This document shows, piece after piece, positions 9,336 through 18,300 of a stretch of DNA of 46,523 nt (position 1 is the first letter of the stretch; every line of letters begins with the position of its first letter). The stretch comes from Pseudomonadales bacterium (GTDB lineage Bacteria; Pseudomonadota; Gammaproteobacteria; Pseudomonadales; Dasaniaceae). The notes below the pieces were generated by a model that was given only the letters and a program-made list of their open reading frames with translations, was not told where the DNA came from and did no database searches. A program made the translations under genes and the position numbers. The stretch is taken from NCBI GenBank assembly GCA_036443315.1, contig JAZFYA010000072.1, forward strand, positions 1 to 46,523. The letters are read 5' to 3'.

Positions 9336-9872
9336 ATGTCTAATGTAAATAAATATAGAACAATAAATATTGAGAAGCCTGCTCTTAAGAAGGTTGACAT
9401 CGCTAATCAAGTTGCAACATTAGAAATTCTAATTTCCAGGAAGATCAAGAAACAAAATATATTCAAACGGTTTGTGATATTTTACCCGTTGACTGCCTGC
9501 CGCCCTATTGCTATTGCTGTTGCTGTTGCTGTTGCTAGCGCTTTGCCTTTCGCTAGCGTTGGCGCTTTCGTTGTCGCTTTCGCTGCCGTTGGCGTTGGCG
9601 CTGGCGCTGCCGCTGGCGTCTTCGTTCACAAACTCGATGATGAGATAGATCAGTACGGAAAACAACTTGACGCATTGAATGACGCTCCACAGGAGGCTTG
9701 CTTAGAGATTAAAAAATGGATGGAAGATGAAACAATCGCCCGTTTCAGGGATTCTGTGCAAGCAGAGGGTCGACAATTTTACAAGGCTGAAGTTGATGCG
9801 ATGAGAGCATGGTACGAGAAGATTGATGAGCGGGAAAATTTGGAAAAACAAAAAGCCGCTGTTTGCTGTTGA
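9336..9872 (+). CDS. Hypothetical membrane protein with Ala/Val/Gly low-complexity hydrophobic segment
   Basis: AAGGA RBS; hydrophobic stretch followed by charged helical C-terminus. Confidence 0.7.
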   Translation: MSNVNKYRTINIEKPALKKVDIANQVATLEILISRKIKKQNIFKRFVIFYPLTACRPIAIAVAVAVASALPFASVGAFVVAFAAVGVGAGAAAGVFVHKLDDEIDQYGKQLDALNDAPQEACLEIKKWMEDETIARFRDSVQAEGRQFYKAEVDAMRAWYEKIDERENLEKQKAAVCC

Positions 9873-9935
9873 AGACGCCTGCAGGGAAGTGTATTTGCCG
9901 GGGTTCGGGTTACTGAATAAGTAAAGGAAAAGATA

Positions 9936-10463
9936 ATGAACGGTAGTGAAGAAATATCAGTCGTGAATATGAACTTCAATGGCGACATTCGGATTAAGAA
10001 ACCTGCAGGTATGAGTAAGGCCCAAGCCGAAGAAATTCTGCATCGCAAATTTAATGAGGCGCTGAGCACTTGCCTTCGGGAGCTCGATAATGGGCTTAAA
10101 TGTATCGGTATTGAAGGAGAGTTTTTTACCGATACAGGTAACTGCCAGGTCGGTAACTTATTCTTTACTGTTGACCATGATGTTGAGCATGAAAACTCCA
10201 AAGTTACTTTGGACATGCGTCCGTCAAAGGAACAGTTTGGTTATAATCGGCTCGTCTCACGTGTCATTACCAATACGACGCCCAATGAGATCTCGTTAGC
10301 ATCAATAGACCCCATATCAAGGATGCGACATGACTTGGCTCTACTGCGTTTTACTAGTGGCAAATTATCATTATTAGTCGCTGACCCTAAAGCCGGCGAT
10401 CTTAAAAAAAATGGCAGCCACTTTTTCCATACTTATGACAATATGGTAGAAGTTGTTTCTTAA
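9936..10463 (+). CDS. Hypothetical protein
   Basis: AAGGA RBS, 175 aa ORF co-oriented with neighbours. Confidence 0.7.
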   Translation: MNGSEEISVVNMNFNGDIRIKKPAGMSKAQAEEILHRKFNEALSTCLRELDNGLKCIGIEGEFFTDTGNCQVGNLFFTVDHDVEHENSKVTLDMRPSKEQFGYNRLVSRVITNTTPNEISLASIDPISRMRHDLALLRFTSGKLSLLVADPKAGDLKKNGSHFFHTYDNMVEVVS

Positions 10464-10496
10464 ACATTATTATTTATATAAAATTTGGAGAGCACC

Positions 10497-10988
10497 ATGA
10501 CACGCGGCATTAATAAAGTTATTTTGATTGGTAACCTGGGTAATGACCCCGAACAAAAATCTATGCCTAACGGCAATGCTGTCACCAATATTACCGTGGC
10601 TACCAACGAGAGCTGGATCGACAAACAGAGTGGTCAAAAACAGGACCGTACCGAATGGCATCGCGTGGTGTTTTTTAACCGCCTAGCGGAGGTTGTCGGT
10701 CAGTACCTGAGCAAGGGTTCCAAGGTTTATATTGAGGGTTCCCTGCGCACTCGTAAGTGGCAGGATAAGAATGGTCAGGATCGCTACAGCACCGAGATCG
10801 TAGCGAGTGACATGCAGATGCTGGATAGTCGTGGCGGTGGTATGCAGCAAGGTGGTGGTTACCAGAATGAGGGAGATACCTCATCTCAACAACAGTCGGC
10901 CCCACAGAATAGTTATCAGCAAGATCCGCAGCAGCAGGCCGCTCCCGCTGGTAATTTTGATGACTTTGACGACGATATTCCTTTTTGA
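10497..10988 (+). CDS. ssb: Single-stranded DNA-binding protein
   Basis: [35 protein letters not shown]-terminal DFDDDIPF. Confidence 0.98.
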   Translation: MTRGINKVILIGNLGNDPEQKSMPNGNAVTNITVATNESWIDKQSGQKQDRTEWHRVVFFNRLAEVVGQYLSKGSKVYIEGSLRTRKWQDKNGQDRYSTEIVASDMQMLDSRGGGMQQGGGYQNEGDTSSQQQSAPQNSYQQDPQQQAAPAGNFDDFDDDIPF

Positions 10989-11144
10989 ATGACATAAGTC
11001 TAACAGTGTTAAGATAGAGTTGTTGGAATGTTCATTTAAACTCTAATATAAAGACTATTTTAAATAATTAGAGCCCTTCTATTTTGTAAAGGTGGGATAT
11101 CAATAAGTTTTTACTTGATCCCTATAAAGAAGAGAGGAATTTAA

Positions 11145-12128
11145 ATGGTACTAAGGTTTTCTAGAGCGCTAATTCTATTTATCCTTAGCGCAGCTTTATT
11201 TACATCGGTATCCGCTGTTGGCGGAACTCAGGTGGCTTTAATGGCCCAAAAGCTAAAAATTGACCCCGTCACCCTCCAGTATGTCACTGCGAGCCCTTGC
11301 TGCCAATTCTGCCCAAACAAGTATATCGTGAGTCACTATCAACCAGTTGCCTTTGTCGAGGTGCATAAAGGTTCGCTTATCGCCGCTGTTCATAATCACG
11401 AAAACGGTCACAAACCCTTTGATGTTCGCATATGGTCTATACCCGACGCGATCGTCAACATAGCAATGGCGGGCCAGGGTTGTAAAATATGCGGGGAGAG
11501 TTCGGCCAAAATGTCCGGTTTTGCCAGCAAGCTTACCGGAATAGCTTCGAAGTTGGCTACAGCTTGTGGAGGCTCAAACCTTCTAAGCGATGCACTAATG
11601 AATGGCATAAAAGATTTTGCCAATGGGGGGCTGCCCTCTTGCGCCCCTACGCTGATTTATGACAGTGGATCTGACGTGGCGTGGAAAACAGGTTGCAGGG
11701 ATATAATACTAGCAACAGTCGCTGTAGGCGCTGAAATGAGATGCCGGATTCCTACATCGTATATTAGTAACACGTTTATCAGTGACTGTATGGGCAAGTG
11801 GGGCAGTGTATATCCGCGTCAAATGATTCAAAAAAACGACAATCCGATCATTGCATCAGCAATGGCAGCTTACCGGGCCATTCATTTATCAGCATTTAGT
11901 TTAGATACGTTCCCCTATTCAGCATCCGCCACATTAGGCAAACTGCAGATGGTTTCACCCTATGTATCCGTGGGTTTCGCCCCAGGATCGGCGCCGCTTG
12001 ACAAACAGCTGCTGTTTTTCCCGGCAAGGGAAGCCGCTACCTATACGTACGTATGGTGGGTGCCCGTCACATGCTGTAAAAGCACAAGAGAAATCGCAGG
12101 TCTTTGTTCACAGGGTTCTTCATGCTAG
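11145..12128 (+). CDS. traU: TraU-family cysteine-rich periplasmic conjugation protein
   Basis: Signal peptide; SHYQPVAFVEV, CMGKWGSVYPRQ and terminal W..V.CC motifs. Confidence 0.7.
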   Translation: MVLRFSRALILFILSAALFTSVSAVGGTQVALMAQKLKIDPVTLQYVTASPCCQFCPNKYIVSHYQPVAFVEVHKGSLIAAVHNHENGHKPFDVRIWSIPDAIVNIAMAGQGCKICGESSAKMSGFASKLTGIASKLATACGGSNLLSDALMNGIKDFANGGLPSCAPTLIYDSGSDVAWKTGCRDIILATVAVGAEMRCRIPTSYISNTFISDCMGKWGSVYPRQMIQKNDNPIIASAMAAYRAIHLSAFSLDTFPYSASATLGKLQMVSPYVSVGFAPGSAPLDKQLLFFPAREAATYTYVWWVPVTCCKSTREIAGLCSQGSSC

Positions 12129-12211
12129 CAAATAAATAAACACCCCCTTCTACTTGCTCAAATCCCTCCTACCCTAGTTAGCAATACAGACGACGGGGTT
12201 AGGAGGCTTTC

Positions 12212-12487
12212 ATGCAGTCAAGTACGGTAATGACCAATGTGTTTATGACGCAAACAGCAACACGAATAGATAATGGATTAATTCAGGTCAGTTGGAGGCT
12301 GGCGCATAAAACGCTGCATTCCTTTAAGCTCCGATGTGCGGATTGTTTGCAAGCGGATGCCGTTATTCATGAATTAATTCAACTTAACTACAAAAAAGCT
12401 CCTCAGACTACTCAAAAAAGATTCATAGCCATCTATCCGAAAATAATAAGAGATGCTTCAAAAGCTTTGCATGATGTAGTGAATTAA
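12212..12487 (+). CDS. Small hypothetical protein
   Basis: AGGAGG RBS 5 nt before ATG. Confidence 0.55.
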   Translation: MQSSTVMTNVFMTQTATRIDNGLIQVSWRLAHKTLHSFKLRCADCLQADAVIHELIQLNYKKAPQTTQKRFIAIYPKIIRDASKALHDVVN

Positions 12488-12496
12488 CATCGACTA

Positions 12497-12525
12497 GTTC
12501 TGCCACAGATTTATCTGGTTAATCT
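12497..12525 (+). promoter_or_regulatory. GTTCTGCCACA-N12-TAATCT promoter-like motif, copy 3 (upstream of recA)
   Basis: Ends 30 nt before the recA ATG. Confidence 0.65.
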
Positions 12526-12555
12526 AGTCCTGACTAAAACTTTGGAGAAATAATT

Positions 12556-13572
12556 ATGAATTTGGAAAAAGAAAAGGCCCTACAATCCGCTCTTGCTAGC
12601 ATTGAGCGCCAATTTGGTAAAGGTACGTGCATGCGCATGGGTGATGCTCCCAGGGTGGAGATTGAAACAGTTTCTACTGGCTCCCTTGGGCTAGATATTG
12701 CACTGGGTGTTGGTGGGCTACCCTATGGCCGTATTTGCGAAATCTATGGTCCTGAGTCATCGGGTAAGACCACATTAACATTGTCTGTCATTGCCGAAGC
12801 ACAGAAACAAGGAAAGACTTGCGCCTTTGTCGATGCCGAACATGCGCTAGATCCGGTTTATGCTGAAAAGCTTGGCATTCAAATCGACGATCTAATCGTC
12901 TCACAGCCAGATAATGGAGAGCAAGCGCTTGAGGTGGTTGATATGCTAGTTAGATCAGGTGCGGTGGATATTATTGTAGTGGACTCGGTGGCGGCACTGG
13001 TACCAAAAGCGGAGATTGATGGTGAACACGGGGACAGTTTTATGGGTCTGCAAGCCCGCCTTCTTTCACAAAGCATGCGCAAATTAGCAGGCGGTGTTAA
13101 TCAGAATAACGTACTGCTGCTGTTCGTCAATCAGTTGCGTATGAAGATTGGGGTTATGTTCGGCAATCCCGAAATCACCACTGGGGGTAATGCATTAAAA
13201 TTCTACGCTTCAGTTCGTTTGGACATTCGCCGTATCGGTGCAGTTAAAGAGGGTGATGAAGTAATTGGCAACCAAACGCGCATCAAGGTAGTCAAGAATA
13301 AAGTAGCTCCACCGTTTAAACAAGTAGAAACCGAAATACTATATGGTAAAGGTTTCAATTTTTATGGAGAGATTGTAGACCTTGGTGTTAAATGCGGCAT
13401 CATCAATAAAGCAGGAGCTTGGTATTCCCATAACGGTGTAAAAATAGGGCAGGGTAAAAACAATGCCTGTATTTACTTGAAAGATAACCCAGAACTTTGT
13501 CAGGGAATGGAATCAGAAATCCGTCATCAATTACTAGGCAAAAATAGGAATTTGGATTCTGAAGCAGCATAA
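12556..13572 (+). CDS. recA: Recombinase RecA
   Basis: GPESSGKTT Walker [34 protein letters not shown]. Confidence 0.99.
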   Translation: MNLEKEKALQSALASIERQFGKGTCMRMGDAPRVEIETVSTGSLGLDIALGVGGLPYGRICEIYGPESSGKTTLTLSVIAEAQKQGKTCAFVDAEHALDPVYAEKLGIQIDDLIVSQPDNGEQALEVVDMLVRSGAVDIIVVDSVAALVPKAEIDGEHGDSFMGLQARLLSQSMRKLAGGVNQNNVLLLFVNQLRMKIGVMFGNPEITTGGNALKFYASVRLDIRRIGAVKEGDEVIGNQTRIKVVKNKVAPPFKQVETEILYGKGFNFYGEIVDLGVKCGIINKAGAWYSHNGVKIGQGKNNACIYLKDNPELCQGMESEIRHQLLGKNRNLDSEAA

Positions 13573-13889
13573 TAGTTAGATGACACAGTTCAGACATTAC
13601 ATCGCTGGATTTACTTGTTGACCATCGGTTATGGACTGCTGCATTTGTTAACGCTGGTGCTGGGTGAAAATGCTGCACCGTTACTCAATTATGCCTCGTG
13701 GCGCGATCAAGGTCCCACGACGGCAGGAAGAATTAGGCTAGGGCTGATAAAACATTTTCGCTATGTTAATGTTCGAAGTGGGTGGAACCGGAAATGAAAA
13801 AAAATCGAAGCGCCTGGGGCGATAAATTATGTGCGAGATGGTTAAATTCACATAAAGGTCGCTGTGGGCAGCATTATTTACCACCAGGC

Positions 13890-14238
13890 AATGTTAAAAT
13901 AGTATTTCTATCCTACAGGCATCTAGAGAGGTACAGGTACAACAACGCAAACTATAATACCACTCCACCCGACTTCACAATTATAAATCCATTGCTCGAT
14001 ATTCTGTCCATCCTCACTCTTCATAAATTGAATCGAATCAGGCTTTCCCCATATATCTTCCAATTGATCTGTCGTGTAATTATATTTGAGGATGCTGTGG
14101 TTGAATTTCGCCGACTTCGGCAAGCAAGCCTGGATTACTATAGCTATATTTCTTGGTTTCACCTACGGTAACGATACCCACGCAGCCGGCGATTACTAGA
14201 GAAGCCAAAAGCAAAGTAGTTATATATATCTTTTTCAA
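13890..14238 (-). pseudogene. Decayed lipoprotein (approximate bounds)
   Basis: Lipobox LLLLLASLVIAGC in one frame; WGKPD...EQWIYN...WSGIIVCVVVPVPL*MPVG* in another. Confidence 0.45.
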
Positions 14239-14400
14239 CAGATAGAAATCCAATTCAGGTTGCCAGTAGTAACCTAATACTCAGGGAACAACAAATAAAT
14301 GCTCATGGTCCTTCAGATTTGCAATGTTTTCATAACATATTTTTCGCATTTTACTCTATCCAAATATTCTTCAATGCTATTAAGATCTTGGTATAACCGG

Positions 14401-15387
14401 TTATGCTATAACCGGTACTTTTACATCGCTCATGAGCATATTATACCGAGATCTAATAGCCATACCAATTTTTAAAGGGGTAAAGGTAATTGCGCCAGCT
14501 TCAAGTGCTCTTACCGCATCGGGCATACTGGCACTCGCACAACTTTCACTATCTTGAACATATACCGGCAAACTCTTTTTTAGAGCCTCCTTTACTTTCA
14601 AACAACTATCATTTCCCATGCCGGATAAGATCACTATACCCAAATTAACATTATTTGAGTTCATGAGACTAGCTATGTTTTCATCTATTGACGGATTATA
14701 AGCATTCAATCCTTTTGATTTTGCAAGCCGAAACTTGCCTTGCTCAGAAACGCTAACATTCATACCGGGTGGACAAATAAATATAACACCTGTCTTTAAT
14801 TTATCGCCATCTGAAATAGCTTTTGAAACCCAATTTTTCAGCCCTTTATTAATGAATACCATTAATAATTCGAGAGAAGGTGTGTTAATGTGCTGACATA
14901 ACACAACCGAAAACGGCGCATCATGAGGTATCTCAGCGAACATTTGTGCAAGCGCTTTAGGGCCACCAGAGCTCGCTCCAATCAGCCAGACATCATGGTT
15001 TTTTATAACGTGTTCGTCAGAATGGCTATCATTTTTAAAAAAGAAATCATACGCCTCAACCTTGAGTAATTTACCCATGTCGTTACGCCAGGCTATTTGC
15101 AATATCTCACTAAGATCTTCTACGCGCGCTTCGCTGTAAACAACGGGAACGCCATTATCCATTAAAATCTCGGCCTCATCTATTATCTGATCATCAGCAT
15201 CGCTAACGTCCACTAAAGCTGCTTCAATTTTAATTTCTGTAAGACCAGCTACATCCCCAGAACGTAGGTTCGATATTTTCACGGGAACATTGAAGTCGTC
15301 GCATAACTGGTGCATTACACTGAGACGATGGTTGTCTTTAGAAACAATAAGCAACATCTCAGTTACCAAAAATGGCTCTGAGGGCAT
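14401..15387 (-). CDS. cheB: CheB/ChpB-type methylesterase with degenerate N-terminal receiver-like domain
   Basis: IGASSGGP, QH, ILSGMGND (Ser-His-Asp triad), SMP motif. Confidence 0.9.
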   Translation of the reverse strand: MPSEPFLVTEMLLIVSKDNHRLSVMHQLCDDFNVPVKISNLRSGDVAGLTEIKIEAALVDVSDADDQIIDEAEILMDNGVPVVYSEARVEDLSEILQIAWRNDMGKLLKVEAYDFFFKNDSHSDEHVIKNHDVWLIGASSGGPKALAQMFAEIPHDAPFSVVLCQHINTPSLELLMVFINKGLKNWVSKAISDGDKLKTGVIFICPPGMNVSVSEQGKFRLAKSKGLNAYNPSIDENIASLMNSNNVNLGIVILSGMGNDSCLKVKEALKKSLPVYVQDSESCASASMPDAVRALEAGAITFTPLKIGMAIRSRYNMLMSDVKVPVIA

Positions 15388-18300
15388 TAATTAGAGAGGC
15401 CTCGCTAACGGGCTTAGGCAAGAAATAATTAACCCCGATACTTAAAACGTGCGTTTTAATCTTTTCGTCAGTAAGCGATGTAATCATTATAATAGGCACG
15501 TTTGCTGTGTCTTCATTATCACGTATCATCCGGCCAAACGTAGGACCATCCATGTTGGGCATTTCTATGTCAAGAAAAATGACATCTGGTTGACGATGCG
15601 TTTTCATCAAGTCAAGAGCGTGCAAGCCATCCCTTGCCAGTAGTGTTTCATAGCCTAACCCTTCCATGAAATCATTAAGTCGTTTTCGGATTGCAGCGCT
15701 ATCATCTACTATTAGCACCAGTTTATTCCTTTCGACTTTCTTAACCGGTCTTATACGATTTTCATTCACCTGGAAACTAGAACTATTGAAAGTGACATTT
15801 GCCCTAATTAATGTTGGTAAATCTAAAATGTATATAAGCCTTCCATCACTGATCTCCGCTGCCCCTGAAATTCCCTGGATATTCCCAAGCATACCCTCCG
15901 GTTTTCTCGTATAGATTTCTGGATAGCTGACCAGCTCATCAAAAACAATGGCGTAACGGCTATTATTAAATTCACAGAGGATAAGTGAACGTGATTTATG
16001 ATGCCTTTCAGCTGTTAAGTACGGCATTGCGAGAGCATCGGAAAGTTCAAGTATGTAGTAACTCAATCCTTTCCGAACATAGACACCGTTAGGGCTATCA
16101 AGCTCTTCCATATTTACGTTAATGATATTCTGCGTAACACTAATCGGGATAGCATAGAGTTCATCTGCTACTCGACAAACAAGTGACCGGTTCGATCCCA
16201 TCGTTGCCGGTAATGTAATAACAAACTTACTGCCAACATCAATGGTACTTTCAATATTTAATGACCCGCCTAATGACTCAATTTTAGACCGAACTATATC
16301 CATCCCAACACCACGCCCCGATATTTGAGTCACACTATTTGCTGTTGACAGACCGGAGTGCGTTATTAGTTGAATTACCTCGTTATCTGATATTTCCTCA
16401 CCCGGCTGGATAATTCCTTTTTCTATTGCTTTTTTTTTCACCTTGCTTACATTAATACCTGCACCATCATCACACACTTCTATTATTATATTATTTATGT
16501 CTGTTTTAATATCTAGTGTGAGTTTTCCAGTTGATGGTTTAATTTTATGTTTTCGTGCGTCCGGGCTTTCTATGCCATGATCAATAGCATTCCGAATAAT
16601 ATGTGTAATTGGGTCGCTAATTGCCTCCAGCATAATCCGGTCTATTTCTTGCTTTTCCCCGGATATAGATAGATTAACCTTTTTCCCTACCTTTAGCGCA
16701 GTATCGTTTACAAGTTTTACATATTTCGGATTATGCTCTTGAAAAGGAACCAGCCTTGATGAAAATAGGCTTATTTTTAGGTCGCGCAACAACTTATACT
16801 GATCGTTGAGTTCACGTCGCATGCGTTTATTATTGTCTTCCGCAACCTTCTGCTCTGTTAAAAGGTTTATTACTATTTCGCTCAATTCTATGTTGTATGT
16901 TGAAAGCTCATTAAAGCATTCAAGGCCCAATACATTTTCATCTTGATTAATAATCTTGCCTTCAGACTGCTTCTGCGTGAATAAACGCAATGCAATTTCA
17001 AATGAACGCTGGCAATGATTAAGCTGGACAATTAAAGAGCCTAGTGACTTAGAATTATTACCTTGTAAATCCGTGATATTATAAGCCTTATTTTGTTGAG
17101 CTGCTGATTCACTGGCAAGCGAGATGGCTGAGTCGAGTAAAGACTGATCTACTCTTAGTTTTTGCGTGGGTTTACGTTTTGTATTCGATTTTTTCATACC
17201 TGCGCGGGCTTTTATTAAAGCCTGTACACCTTTATGAATATTGGGCTCATACTCAATAGTGGCTGGTTTCCCACTAGACTCATCGGTTTTATGGAAACTA
17301 TTGGCAGTTCTTTCATTGCTGTGCTTGAGGTGTGGTTCGATCGATTCTAAAAGCCGGGGTGATTCAATAGGCCTATCTGGTATTGTAGAGACTTCGGGCA
17401 TTACTACTTCATCAGGTGCATCAATTTCCTCAGATTCTATCTCAGCAATAACAGCACGCTCATTAGCGGCAATAGCTTCGGCTGTATCACTAATATTTAA
17501 AGTATTTAGGATCTCGCTTGTAACTACCCCGCTTGTACGTGCCAGGTCAATCGCTTCAATAATTCGACTAGGTATAGTAAGCGGCAAATTATTGGACAGC
17601 AGCTCTGTCATTTCAGCCAGCGAGTCAACAGCAATATTAACAAGAGCAAAAAATGAATCATTGAGTAATTTGTTTCTGCCACAGCAAGATTCAAATAAGG
17701 ATTCTAGCGAATGAGTCAATGCCCCAATTTGAGTTGCACCACAAAGGTTAGAACCTCCCTTTATGGTGTGCATATGGTGCTTAAGCGTATCTAGCGCACT
17801 CGCATCCTTATTGTCTTTTTTTAACCTCTCCAGGCATTCATGAAACTCAGGTAAATTATCTTCAGTTTCCTCCAAGAACCAGCCAATTTGCTCCAGTTGT
17901 TCATCACTGTCTAAGCCTCCAGTAGAGTCTTCCGTACTATCTGCATCAACACCTTCTGGCAGAACATCTATCTCTGGTGTTGACACCTCCCTTTCCACGG
18001 CATGAATACTTGAGTCACTTGGCTCAGGCTCAACAATTTCTGCTGGATCTTCTATTGATACACTTTGATCAAGAGGATTGCCAGAGATATAGTTTTCAAT
18101 ACCCCTAATTAGATCCGTTGCAACGTCTGCAGACATACCAGAAGAGAGTTTAGAAATTTGATCTTGAATGTGTTCAATAGCAATATCAATTAATTCGTTC
18201 ATGATAGTACTGGGACTAGTAACCCCAAATAGACAAGACTCGAACAGCTTTTCAAGAGAGCAGGCAAGCGACCCAACTTCTGGTGCGCCACACATATTGG

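Noticed and set aside
9429-9665. AAC-rich minus-strand ORF as a DGR template repeat
   Set aside because: No reverse transcriptase or matching variable repeat in the window; it is the antisense of a low-complexity TM segment
13782-14171. 129-aa plus-strand ORF
   Set aside because: Shadow of the decayed minus-strand lipoprotein; no recognisable features
17674-17684. TTTCTGCCACA as a fourth copy of the sigma-linked motif
   Set aside because: One mismatch, antisense inside chpA, and no TANNNT at the 12-nt spacing
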